From NCBI GenBank assembly GCA_025451785.1, contig JANWJV010000001.1, positions 1,136 to 65,135 on the forward strand: a DNA stretch of 64,000 bases. Direction: 5' to 3'. This document shows positions 38,256 through 47,797 of the stretch, in pieces (positions within the stretch are counted from its first letter, which is position 1; every line of letters starts with the position of its first letter). This DNA is from Bacteroidia bacterium (GTDB taxonomy: Bacteria > Bacteroidota > Bacteroidia > JANWJV01). A program made the translations under genes and the position numbers. The notes beneath the pieces were generated by a model. It was given only the letters and a program-made list of their open reading frames with translations. It was not told the origin of the DNA and did not search any database.

Positions 38256-40148
38256 CTAGCGGCGTTTCTTATTGAATCCCCTTTCTTTTTTGAACCTATC
38301 CTTGCGGCCACCGCTATCATCCTGCTGCCCGAACGATTTGTATTTGTTCCTGTCGCCGTTACCGCCGCCGCCACCACCTTCTTCCTGCTTCCCGTACGAC
38401 TTGTATTTATTCCTGCCGCCGTTACCACCGCCTTCTTCCTTATTTCCGTAGGATTTAAACTTCTTCTTGCCGGCATAACCGCCTCCGCCTCCACCGCCGT
38501 ACTTGAACTTTTTGCCAAATCTTCCTTCACCCCCCCTAAAGCCACCACCGCCCGATGAGAGCTCGATCTTTACAGGACGATCATTGTAAAGCTCGTTCTG
38601 AAAAGCGGCCTGTACCTTCTCCACTTCTTTTTGGTCTACACTAAAAAACGAGAAACTGTTCTTTACGTCTACCATGGTAGCACCGGGTTGTCCCAGGCCT
38701 GCCTTTTCGTTGATATAGGTTCGTAGTTCCTCTTCGAACAAGCCATCCAGCCGGCCCAGGCTGATGAACAGGCGCTGAATGTTGCCCCTGTTGGCACCGC
38801 CATGCTCCTGGTGTCCGCCGCCTTCGGCGTTCAGATCGGGAGCGTTCTTATAGTAAGAGAGAAAACGGTTGAATTCTTCAGAGATAAAACGCTTGATCAG
38901 TTCTTCTTTGCTTAGGTCCTTGAGCTCCTCATAGATCTTCGGCAGGTATTTGCTGATCTCCTGCTCGTTCACCTCTATATTATGCACTTTGTTTACCAGG
39001 TGGAACAGCTGTTTTTCGCAAACATCAAATCCAACCGGTATCGTAGCCTTGCTGAACTTCTTGCCAATGATACGCTCGATCATCCTGATCTTGCCGATCT
39101 CCTTCGTGTTGATGATGGCGATGGATACTCCTGATTTTCCCGCCCTGGCGGTACGTCCGCTACGGTGAGTATAGTTCTCCGCCTCGTCAGGCAAATTATA
39201 ATTGATCACGTGCGTTACGTCGTCCACGTCAATGCCGCGGGCAGCCACGTCGGTAGCTACCAGCATTTGCAGCGCGCGGCTGCGGTAACGCTTCATTACA
39301 TGGTCGCGCTGTGCCTGCGAAAGGTCACCGTGCAGGGCGTCGGCATTATAGCCGTCGCGGATCAGCCAGTCGGCCACCTCCTGCGTTTCCATTTTGGTAC
39401 GGCAAAACACGATGGCGAATATCTCGGGATTGAAATCGGCAATGCGTTTCAGAGCCTTGTACTTATCCCTGGCATGCACCACATAGTATAAATGCTCAAT
39501 ATTTTCCGCGCCCTGGTTCTTGTTCCCTACCGTTATCTCGAAGGGATTTTCCATGTACTTCTTCGCGATGCGCGATACTTCGTTGGGCATGGTGGCCGAG
39601 AAAAGCCAGGTGCTCTTCTCTCCGGGAGTTTGCGAAAGGATCGTTGTAAGGTCTTCCTGGAAACCCATGTTCAGCATTTCATCTGCCTCATCGAGTACCA
39701 CGTAACTTACTTTACCCAACTGTACGCGTTTGCGGTCGATCATATCCACCATACGGCCTGGTGTAGCCACAATGATCTGTGCTCCTTTACGTATCTCACG
39801 TGTTTGGGTCTCGATGCTGGCGCCGCCGTATATAGCAACGATATTGGCACCCTGCAGAAACTTGGTATAGCTCTTCAGGTCGCGGGTTATCTGCATGCAG
39901 AGCTCCCTTGTAGGACAAAGGATCAGGGCCTGCGTTTCTTTGGAGTTGAAGTTCACCAGCTGCGCTAAGGGTAATCCGAAGGCGGCTGTTTTTCCTGTGC
40001 CTGTTTGGGCCAGTGCTACCAGGTCGCGGTGACCGTTGAGGAGCTCAGGCAATACTTTTTCCTGGATAGGCGTAGGCGTTTCAAAACCAAGCTCGCTAAT
40101 AGCTTTTAATACAAGGGAGTTAACTCCCAGCGATTCAAATTTGTTCAT
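38256..40148 (-). CDS. DEAD-box RNA helicase with a DbpA-type RNA-binding domain and a Gly/Lys-rich tail
   Basis: Q motif PTPIQ, AQTGTGKT, PTREL, TPGR, DEAD, SAT, ARGID, HRSGRTAR. C-terminal RLFISLGRLDG domain. Confidence 0.96.
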   Translation of the reverse strand: MNKFESLGVNSLVLKAISELGFETPTPIQEKVLPELLNGHRDLVALAQTGTGKTAAFGLPLAQLVNFNSKETQALILCPTRELCMQITRDLKSYTKFLQGANIVAIYGGASIETQTREIRKGAQIIVATPGRMVDMIDRKRVQLGKVSYVVLDEADEMLNMGFQEDLTTILSQTPGEKSTWLFSATMPNEVSRIAKKYMENPFEITVGNKNQGAENIEHLYYVVHARDKYKALKRIADFNPEIFAIVFCRTKMETQEVADWLIRDGYNADALHGDLSQAQRDHVMKRYRSRALQMLVATDVAARGIDVDDVTHVINYNLPDEAENYTHRSGRTARAGKSGVSIAIINTKEIGKIRMIERIIGKKFSKATIPVGFDVCEKQLFHLVNKVHNIEVNEQEISKYLPKIYEELKDLSKEELIKRFISEEFNRFLSYYKNAPDLNAEGGGHQEHGGANRGNIQRLFISLGRLDGLFEEELRTYINEKAGLGQPGATMVDVKNSFSFFSVDQKEVEKVQAAFQNELYNDRPVKIELSSGGGGFRGGEGRFGKKFKYGGGGGGGYAGKKKFKSYGNKEEGGGNGGRNKYKSYGKQEEGGGGGGNGDRNKYKSFGQQDDSGGRKDRFKKERGFNKKRR

Positions 40149-40255
40149 ATTTCCTGTTCTGACACGGAAAAACCTCGTTCAGTCAGACAGGACCAGGGGA
40201 AGGAATTTCCGTTTGCTCTTTTAAGGGGACGACTTTCCCATGAGCGATCAGGCCG

Positions 40256-40263
40256 CAAAGATA
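40256..40263 (-). promoter_or_regulatory. -7 promoter element of the DEAD-box helicase gene
   Basis: TATCTTTG on the minus strand, implying a ~100-nt 5' leader. Confidence 0.65.
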
Positions 40264-40387
40264 AGCGAATTATCGGAATCGGGCGTTTTTAATATGTGAT
40301 GTCGAAGTACATACCGCAAAAATGCGTCGCATTGGCGCTTCGGGCAAACAATAATAAGTTGAAGGTTAGGTGTCTGAATTCAGCCCC

Positions 40388-42181
40388 CTACATCTTCCTT
40401 ACCCGGTAGTAATTGAGGCCGTTGTTCTTGTAAAGGGGCGCGGGATAAGGCTGTACCGGCTCGAACTTGTAGTCCTGCCCGTACAGGAAGTGATAATAGG
40501 CCCCAAGGAAGTTGTTGTAATTGTCGTCGGAGATGAACACCACGTTGTCCATTTCGCTGATCTTCTTAAAGAGCTTGCTATGGTCGTTGGTGCCGAACTT
40601 GGCGATAAGCTGGTCCTGTGTTTCGGGCGCCAGCGAAAGTTCAATGGAAAGGTAAACATAGCTGTTGCCGTTCAGCATGTTCATCTCCTTAATGGGGTCG
40701 GTGGCGAAATGTACCTCCCAGGCAGAAATGTTGGTGGGAATGAAAATGGTGTTCTTGAAAGAGTTCATATTCTCCACCATAGCGTTATTGATCCTGCCGA
40801 ACATAGAATAGTTCTTCAGGTTCTTATGCGTTCCGCTGAAATAACCGGGTATAAAGATGATGGCCGCCGCCAGGCCCGCTATGGCGGTGATCATCTTAAA
40901 GCGATCGAGAACAGTATATAGGCCGGAGCCCATGAAGAGAATGAAGTTGCAGAGCACGAATAACAATAGCATAGGATTATAGATCCTGGCAGGAAGTTTC
41001 ATGAACACAATGAGCGTGAGCAATAGCCCCGCAAAAAATACCTGGAAGAACAGGAAACGGAACAAGAGCGGTCCGCCCTGCTTTTTGTCTTTCCAGTAAT
41101 AGAGCAAGGTGCAGAAAAGGAAAAACACAGTGAACATGAGCGCCGGCGATGAATCACCCAGTATGCTTATCTTGAAATCCTTCAGCGACTCATCCAGCTT
41201 TTTGTAATTGATGCCCTGCTCCAGCAAGGGGCCTCCAGTTACCTTCTTCAGGAAGTTTACAGTTACAGTACTATTATCGGTGAGATAATAGGCCCGAACC
41301 GCGGCGTCGAAGGTGAGCGAATCACGAATGTTCTCGGGTGTAAAGGGGCGTATGTTCTGGTAGTTGTCGTATTCCTTCAGCAGTCGTGCCTTTTCCACAA
41401 AATCCTCGTTGCCTTTACGGATGCTGAAGCTGTCAGAGACCTTTACCAGCATTATCACCGCAAGGAAAGGCAATAGCGGGTACAACAGTTTCACCGACCA
41501 TATTTTCATTCCTTTAAATGAATTGAGCACAAGGAACACGGCGCAAAAGGCGAAGGCCAGGTACCCCGCATCGATGCGGGTAAGATGCCCCAGTATAAAT
41601 GCGATGATGAGAAAACCAGCCATGAGCTTTCTTTTCTTCAGGGTTTCCTTATCGGGTATAAGCAAGGCAAAGAGCAATACGCTTGTTCCCGTAGCTAATA
41701 TCGCCGGGCGTGTGAAGTTCATGTAGTATTCGCTTTGCAGGAAAAGCAGGAGATACGCGGCGGCGATCATCAAAGCTATGATCCAGTTGCTTAACCTGCC
41801 ACCCAGGAAATAGAACAGCAATAACCCTGTGTTTGCCACCGCAAACCACAGCAGCAGGAACATGGACCAGCCATACCAGGCCACAGTGGGAAAATGCTGG
41901 TACAGCCATATATACCAGTCAACGGTAAAGCGGTATACCGAAATAAAGTTGTCGTAAGGCTTTGGTGTGGCCACCCCTTTCATGGCCAGTACATAACGGG
42001 GGTCGTCGTTGGTCTCGAAGAAAGAACCGAACAATGTATAAGAAATGTAAAGCAGCAATACCGGGAGCAGGAAAACAATGAGGTACTGCTCCAGTGTATA
42101 GTTCTCGAATTTCCTTGCGGGAATGCGCGGTGCCTGCTGCTGTTTTACCGGATTGGCCTTTGGCTTATGCTTGCTGCCCAT
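40388..42181 (-). CDS. Multi-pass membrane protein, probable GT-C-fold glycosyltransferase
   Basis: About 11-13 hydrophobic segments, acidic FETNDD motif right after TM1, large loop and soluble C-terminal domain. Follows a GT2 gene. Confidence 0.65.
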   Translation of the reverse strand: MGSKHKPKANPVKQQQAPRIPARKFENYTLEQYLIVFLLPVLLLYISYTLFGSFFETNDDPRYVLAMKGVATPKPYDNFISVYRFTVDWYIWLYQHFPTVAWYGWSMFLLLWFAVANTGLLLFYFLGGRLSNWIIALMIAAAYLLLFLQSEYYMNFTRPAILATGTSVLLFALLIPDKETLKKRKLMAGFLIIAFILGHLTRIDAGYLAFAFCAVFLVLNSFKGMKIWSVKLLYPLLPFLAVIMLVKVSDSFSIRKGNEDFVEKARLLKEYDNYQNIRPFTPENIRDSLTFDAAVRAYYLTDNSTVTVNFLKKVTGGPLLEQGINYKKLDESLKDFKISILGDSSPALMFTVFFLFCTLLYYWKDKKQGGPLLFRFLFFQVFFAGLLLTLIVFMKLPARIYNPMLLLFVLCNFILFMGSGLYTVLDRFKMITAIAGLAAAIIFIPGYFSGTHKNLKNYSMFGRINNAMVENMNSFKNTIFIPTNISAWEVHFATDPIKEMNMLNGNSYVYLSIELSLAPETQDQLIAKFGTNDHSKLFKKISEMDNVVFISDDNYNNFLGAYYHFLYGQDYKFEPVQPYPAPLYKNNGLNYYRVRKM

Positions 42182-42190
42182 CCCTGCAGG

Positions 42191-43114
42191 TTAGAATTTG
42201 TCGCGGATGATATAATTGGGGCGGTTCTTCACCTCGTCGTAAATACGCCAGATGTATTCGCCGATGATCCCCAGCATCAGCATCAGTAAACCTCCTATTA
42301 TGAGCAGCACCATCATAATGGGCGCCCAGCCGGTGAAAGGGGTGTGATGTACGAAATAAGCATAAAGGATAGTGAGCGAATACAGGAAGCCGCCGAAAGC
42401 GGTAAAGATGCCCAGGAATGAAATGAGGCGTATGGGAAAATAACTTACGTTGAGGAAAGCCACCATGAAATTGCCAAAGCGCTTCGCCAGGCTGTAGCCC
42501 GATTTACCATGCTCGCGCTTTTGGCGCTTGTAAGGAATATAGCTGATGCTGAAGCCCACCCAAAGTATATCGCCCTGGAAGAAACGGTTGCGCTCACTGA
42601 TGGAGTTAACGGCGTTCATGGCCTTGCGGTCGAGCAAGGTAAAGTCGAAACCACCGGGAGGAATGTTGGGAAGTGATATCCTTAAAAGCTTGTAGGCTAC
42701 TTTCGAAGTGAGTGCCCAGGAGAATCCATCGTCGCGCGCTTCGCGGTAGCAGATCACTATCTCGTTGCCCTTTTGCCATTGTTCCAGCATCTTCATTAGC
42801 TGCTCGGGAGGGTCCTGGAGGTCGGCCGACATGTTGATGACCGCATCGCCGGTAGCGGCTTCCCAGCCGGCAAGGATGCCTGCCATTTGTCCGAAGTTCC
42901 TGGAGAAATCGATCAGCACTACTCCATTGGGGTCAGCGGCCTTCAGCTCCTTTAATAGTTCAAGCGAATGATCCTTTGAGCCATCGTTAATAAAAATGAA
43001 CTCCCAGGTAAACGATGAATTGAACGAAGTGATAGTGCTGCGCAGGCGCTCGTAAAGCGCGCGAAGTGAACCTTCGTTATTATAGACCGGTATTACTACG
43101 GAGATCTTTTTCAC
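42191..43114 (-). CDS. GT2 polyprenol-phosphate glycosyltransferase (GtrB/ArnC-like)
   Basis: ISVVIPVYN, NDGSKD, SRNFGQ, SADLQDPP, R.HGKSGY, two C-terminal TMs, GIIGEYIWRIYDEVKNRP. Confidence 0.92.
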   Translation of the reverse strand: MKKISVVIPVYNNEGSLRALYERLRSTITSFNSSFTWEFIFINDGSKDHSLELLKELKAADPNGVVLIDFSRNFGQMAGILAGWEAATGDAVINMSADLQDPPEQLMKMLEQWQKGNEIVICYREARDDGFSWALTSKVAYKLLRISLPNIPPGGFDFTLLDRKAMNAVNSISERNRFFQGDILWVGFSISYIPYKRQKREHGKSGYSLAKRFGNFMVAFLNVSYFPIRLISFLGIFTAFGGFLYSLTILYAYFVHHTPFTGWAPIMMVLLIIGGLLMLMLGIIGEYIWRIYDEVKNRPNYIIRDKF

Positions 43115-44838
43115 TGTGCGGGCGCAGGTGCTGGAATTGGTTGTACAGGCACCTTTCTTTTTTCAAAGATATACACTTTAAAATCAGACTTGGGCGGATC
43201 GTTCACCATATCAATGTTTGGTGTCCAGGCCCAGCGGGTAATATTGCTGTACATATCAGCATATCCGTAAAGGTCGTAATGCTGGTTGGCGAAGGTGTTG
43301 AACCAGGGTTCGATGAGGTTCTCCGCTTTTGGGTGCTGCATCCAGGAATAACGGTTGCCGTAAAATATCAGGAAGCGCGGCATCGCATTCTCCACGTCGC
43401 GTATGAACTCGCGCTGCCAGTCCTTGTACTGCGCCACAGGGAATTCCACCAGGGCGCCCGAACCGGCGAACCGCGAAACAGAAAGCTTGTTGGTGTAAAC
43501 GTACACCTCCACCTCTGTGCCCAGGATCACGATCTTATCTTCCGGCTTGAGCACCGTGTTCAGCTTATCAGCGATCACTTTCGATTCGGGAAAAGGATTG
43601 ATGCCGTAAACCGCCCTCAATACTTTGAAGAAGTTGGGATTGAAATAGTATTCTGACATCTTACTGATGTTATTACCCGCCGCAAATACAAACACCAGTG
43701 TTGCGATGATGCCTGCCGACCTCCAGAGCTTCGCTTTCTCTTTGAGAACGCGCATGATGCCATAGATGCAAACACCCACCGAGAGTGCTACCGCAGGAGT
43801 GAACTGCAGGAAATAGTGACCATAATAGTGGTTGCCGGGCATTACGGTGATAAAGCAGAAAATATACAAGCCGATCATGAACAGCTTTTTGAATGTGTCC
43901 ATTTTCAGATAGATGGTAAGGCCGATACCAAGCAGCGAGAGGTACCACAGAAGCGAATAACCCTGTCCGATGAGCACCAGCTCGCTGCCAAGCAGGTCGA
44001 GTCCATCGGAAAAGGAGATCACCGAAGTATAGGTCTTCGATACATCAAAGAACCAAATATGAAAATCGGCCCAGGCGCCTTGCTTCCATATTACGAACAG
44101 CGAGAAGAGAACAGGCACCAAAAAGCTGCCGAAAAAGATCAGGCCTTTCAATATCATCTCTTTCCATTTCACCGGGCGCACCTTGAAATAATGATACAAG
44201 AACAGTATGCCGCAAAAGCCCGCATAAAAAACACTGGTTTGTTTCACCTGGAAAGCAATGGACAAGAGCACGCCGCTTAGTACAAGCCAATACCATTTCT
44301 CGTTCCTGAACCATAGTACAAGGCACAGGATGCCGGTAAAGCCGAATAGCGCCACCAGGTGTTCGCTCTGGGTGGTAAAGCCGTACACATCGGGTATCAT
44401 GGATATCAGCACAAAGCTGGCCGCGGTGATAAGCGCCGTGAAATTGTCGAATACCAGCTTGGCCAGGTACCAGAGCACAATGATCGTGAGAACGTTTACG
44501 AACATAAAGCCGATGTGCATCGATTCGAGCGAGTAGCCGAACAGCCAAACCATGAATGCGTAAACATAGAACACACCTGGCAGACGCTGTGAGCCGATGT
44601 CTTTAAAAGGAATGGCCCCGTCGAGAATGATCTTGCCGCAATAAGTGTACGAACCTTCGTCCCGTTCAAATGGGATGTCGATAAAGTTACTGCGGATATA
44701 GATGGAGAACAGGATGCAAACTGCCAGGCCGATCAGGTAAACGTAGGCCGGGATCGAGAACCATGCGGCGGTACCCGTACCCGGTTGTTTTTGCTGGGAC
44801 CCGCCCTGCTTTTTGGTTTTTTGCTTGTTATTGCTCAA
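43111..44838 (-). CDS. ArnT/PMT-like (GT-C) glycosyltransferase
   Basis: TM1 followed by PFERDEGSY, PFKD...PG, many TMs, KQ motif, YYGHYF.Q, soluble C-terminal domain. Start is TTG 44838 or 44859; 4-bp overlap with the GT2 gene. Confidence 0.82.
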   Translation of the reverse strand: MSNNKQKTKKQGGSQQKQPGTGTAAWFSIPAYVYLIGLAVCILFSIYIRSNFIDIPFERDEGSYTYCGKIILDGAIPFKDIGSQRLPGVFYVYAFMVWLFGYSLESMHIGFMFVNVLTIIVLWYLAKLVFDNFTALITAASFVLISMIPDVYGFTTQSEHLVALFGFTGILCLVLWFRNEKWYWLVLSGVLLSIAFQVKQTSVFYAGFCGILFLYHYFKVRPVKWKEMILKGLIFFGSFLVPVLFSLFVIWKQGAWADFHIWFFDVSKTYTSVISFSDGLDLLGSELVLIGQGYSLLWYLSLLGIGLTIYLKMDTFKKLFMIGLYIFCFITVMPGNHYYGHYFLQFTPAVALSVGVCIYGIMRVLKEKAKLWRSAGIIATLVFVFAAGNNISKMSEYYFNPNFFKVLRAVYGINPFPESKVIADKLNTVLKPEDKIVILGTEVEVYVYTNKLSVSRFAGSGALVEFPVAQYKDWQREFIRDVENAMPRFLIFYGNRYSWMQHPKAENLIEPWFNTFANQHYDLYGYADMYSNITRWAWTPNIDMVNDPPKSDFKVYIFEKRKVPVQPIPAPAPAQ

Positions 44839-44954
44839 GGAGCGATAGAATTTTCTCAAAAATAGAAATTTATTCGTGAGCTGTATATAATACTGTGAAG
44901 CGGCCTTCGTTCTATTATTTTGGTAATTTAGCCAACCTTAAATACCCAAGTAGT

Positions 44955-45668
44955 ATGACGAGTAACGACGAAGAAAAGATCCGCAAGGCCTTTGCCTCTA
45001 AAGACTGGAACGATATAAAAGCTTCCGACTCCTGGATGATCTTCAAGATCATGGGTGAGTTTGTGGAAGGCTTTGAGAAAATGTCGCGCATCGGTCCCTG
45101 TGTATCGGTGTTCGGATCGGCACGTACAAAGCCTGAAAACAAATACTATAAGCTGGCTGAAGAGATCTCTTTTAAGCTGGTGCGTGAAGGGTATGGTGTT
45201 ATCACCGGCGGCGGTCCAGGTATTATGGAAGCCGGTAACAAAGGCGCCAAGGCTGGCGGGGGAAAATCGGTGGGCCTTAACATTGTACTTCCCTTCGAAC
45301 AGAGCCACAATACATTTATCGATAATGATAAGCTCATCTCTTTCGATTACTTCTTTGTTCGCAAGACCATCTTCCTGAAATACTCGCAAGGCTTTATAGC
45401 GCTTCCCGGCGGTTTCGGAACGCTCGACGAGCTGTTTGAAGCTATTACGCTGGTGCAGACCAATAAGATCGCGCATTTTCCTATTGTGCTCGTAGGCCGC
45501 GAGTATTGGGAAGGCATGATGGCCTGGATCAAGAGCACTATGCTGGCCGAGGAGAAGAACATCAGTCCTGAGGACCTCGATCTTTTCCATGTAGTTGACA
45601 CCGCCGACGAGGCGGTGAGGGTCATCACCGATTTCTACGCTAAGTACCTCCTCAAGCCCAATTTCTGA
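44955..45668 (+). CDS. LOG family (TIGR00730-like) nucleotide monophosphate nucleosidase
   Basis: VSVFGSAR, ITGGGPGIMEAGN, FFVRK, PGGFGTLDELFE. Start taken at MTSNDEE. Confidence 0.92.
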   Translation: MTSNDEEKIRKAFASKDWNDIKASDSWMIFKIMGEFVEGFEKMSRIGPCVSVFGSARTKPENKYYKLAEEISFKLVREGYGVITGGGPGIMEAGNKGAKAGGGKSVGLNIVLPFEQSHNTFIDNDKLISFDYFFVRKTIFLKYSQGFIALPGGFGTLDELFEAITLVQTNKIAHFPIVLVGREYWEGMMAWIKSTMLAEEKNISPEDLDLFHVVDTADEAVRVITDFYAKYLLKPNF

Positions 45669-45674
45669 TCCCGC

Positions 45675-47657
45675 ATGTGCGGCATTGCCGGCATAATCAA
45701 TTTCAAGGGCAATGACCCCGGCCTTGCGCGGCATATCCGGCAGATGAGCGCCGCCATACGGCACCGCGGCCCTGACGGCGAAGGATTTGCTTTTTTTGGG
45801 GAGGAATATCTTACCGCGGGCAGCGACGAAACTCCTGCGGATGTTTTCGGCGCAAAGCTCCCCTACTCTCCTACAAAACGTATTGACCAGGTTAATGGAA
45901 ATTATTCCATTGCCTTTGGCCATCGCCGTCTTTCCATTATCGACCTGAGCCCAGCGGGACACCAGCCTATGTGTTCAAAGGGTAAAGATCTTTGGATCAC
46001 CTATAACGGTGAGATATATAACTACATTGAGATAAGGCAGGAACTTGAAAGCAAGGGACACAAGTTTAGTACGCAAACAGATACGGAGGTCATTCTCAAC
46101 GCCTACGTTGAATGGGGCGAGAAATGCGTGGACCGTTTCAATGGCATGTGGGCCTTCGTGATCTACGACCGTACCAAGAACGAGCTCTTCGCCAGCCGCG
46201 ACCGTTTTGGGGTGAAGCCTTTCTATTATTACCATGATAAAAATGTTCTCGCTTTTGCTTCAGAGCAAAAAGCGCTCATGCAACTTCCTTTTGTGCCAAA
46301 AGGGATCAACGATACCGCGGTGTTCGATTTCTTCGCCAAGGGTGAGATAGAATACGAAGAGGAAGGCATGTTCAAGGGGATCATCGAGCTTTTTCCTTCC
46401 CATTCCATGCGGGTGTCGATCGCTACAGGCAAGCTTAAGAAATGGAAATACTATTCGCTGGAGGTGAATCGCAGCAGGCAATTGTTCAGTGAGGAAAAGT
46501 TCAGGCCGGCGGCAGCGCATACCGAGGAACTATTGAGCCGCGCTATCGCGCTCAGGATGCGCTCCGATGTTCCGGTGGGTTCCTGCCTTAGCGGCGGCAT
46601 CGACAGTTCGGCCATTGTAGGTATTATGCAGCACCTGCGCGAGAAGGAAAAGATGCCCAATAAGCTGAAGGTATTTACCGCTTCGTTCAACGAAAAGGAG
46701 ATCGACGAGAGCCATTGGGCCAAAACAGTGGTGGAGCGTACCGGCGCTGAGTGGCACCAGGTATATCCTTCTTCCGAGGATCTTTTGCGTGATCTCGAAG
46801 ATCTTATCCATTGCCAGGATGTGCCGATATGGTCAACGAGCACCTACGCGCAATACCGCGTAATGCAAACGGCGAAAGAGAAAGGCATTAAGGTGGTGCT
46901 CGACGGGCAGGGCGGCGATGAGCTGTTTGCCGGCTACGATACTTATTTCATGGCCCGCTGGATGGAGCTATTGCGCAAAGGCCGCGCGGGCACGATGCGT
47001 TCGGAAATGAAGCTGGCGGGAAGAACACCTACCTTCCTGTTCAAGCAATACCTGCGTTATTCGGGACTGAAGAAATTACCCAGGGGTTTGCGCTCCAGTC
47101 TTTCGGGATGGTATTACGACGATATCCAATACCTGAGCCCTGGTTTTTGGAGCAAGCATAAACAACGTTTCGGCACCGGGCATGAGCCGGACACCAGTTC
47201 GCTCAATGCCATGCTTTGGGATGAGTTTTACAATACACGTCTTAAAGGATACCTCAAATGCGAAGACCGCTGTTCGATGCGGCATTCGGTGGAATCGCGC
47301 ACACCTTTTGCCGACGATGTTGACCTGGTGGAGTATGTGTTCAGCCTTCCCGGCGCTTTCAAGATGCACAAAGGCCTCAGCAAGTATTTGTTCAGGGAAG
47401 CGGCCAAGAGATACCTTCCTCCGGCCATTGCGGCACGTACCGATAAAATGGGTTATACAACACCCAATAACCGCTGGATCGCCGCTTTAAAAGAGGAACT
47501 CCGTCCGTTGTTCAATGAAAGTTTGAGTGACTTCATCGATACAAAGAAGCTGCTGAAGGACTACGACCGCTTTTTTTCACCCGGCGAAGCGGTGGAAAAT
47601 GGCAGGATATTCAAGTTTATCAGCTTTGCGGTGTGGAAGAAACGCTTCCAGTTGTAA
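45675..47657 (+). CDS. asnB: Asparagine synthase-like glutamine amidotransferase, likely glycan-amidating
   Basis: MCGIAG N-terminal nucleophile, HRGPD, GHRRLSIIDL, YNGEIYN, RDRFGVKP, LSGGIDSS, DGQGGDELFAGY, DRCSM.HSVESRTPF. Confidence 0.92.
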   Translation: MCGIAGIINFKGNDPGLARHIRQMSAAIRHRGPDGEGFAFFGEEYLTAGSDETPADVFGAKLPYSPTKRIDQVNGNYSIAFGHRRLSIIDLSPAGHQPMCSKGKDLWITYNGEIYNYIEIRQELESKGHKFSTQTDTEVILNAYVEWGEKCVDRFNGMWAFVIYDRTKNELFASRDRFGVKPFYYYHDKNVLAFASEQKALMQLPFVPKGINDTAVFDFFAKGEIEYEEEGMFKGIIELFPSHSMRVSIATGKLKKWKYYSLEVNRSRQLFSEEKFRPAAAHTEELLSRAIALRMRSDVPVGSCLSGGIDSSAIVGIMQHLREKEKMPNKLKVFTASFNEKEIDESHWAKTVVERTGAEWHQVYPSSEDLLRDLEDLIHCQDVPIWSTSTYAQYRVMQTAKEKGIKVVLDGQGGDELFAGYDTYFMARWMELLRKGRAGTMRSEMKLAGRTPTFLFKQYLRYSGLKKLPRGLRSSLSGWYYDDIQYLSPGFWSKHKQRFGTGHEPDTSSLNAMLWDEFYNTRLKGYLKCEDRCSMRHSVESRTPFADDVDLVEYVFSLPGAFKMHKGLSKYLFREAAKRYLPPAIAARTDKMGYTTPNNRWIAALKEELRPLFNESLSDFIDTKKLLKDYDRFFSPGEAVENGRIFKFISFAVWKKRFQL

Positions 47658-47740
47658 AACCTCTCCTTTCCGCATTTCATCCCTTTATCAGGCTATTTTA
47701 TCCGTTCAAAAAAATTATTGGTCGGAATATTTAGTTTTTC

Positions 47741-47748
47741 TATATTTG
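47741..47748 (+). promoter_or_regulatory. -7 promoter element
   Basis: TATATTTG followed by an A-rich leader to the ATG at 47798. Confidence 0.65.
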
Positions 47749-47797
47749 CGTACTTATCTCTAAAAACCTATCTAAGTCTAATTAACACCACAAACAA

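Noticed and set aside
44928..45962. 344-aa antisense ORF over LOG/asnB, and 51168-51977 over bshB1/gpx
   Set aside because: Both are antisense to genes with unambiguous family motifs.
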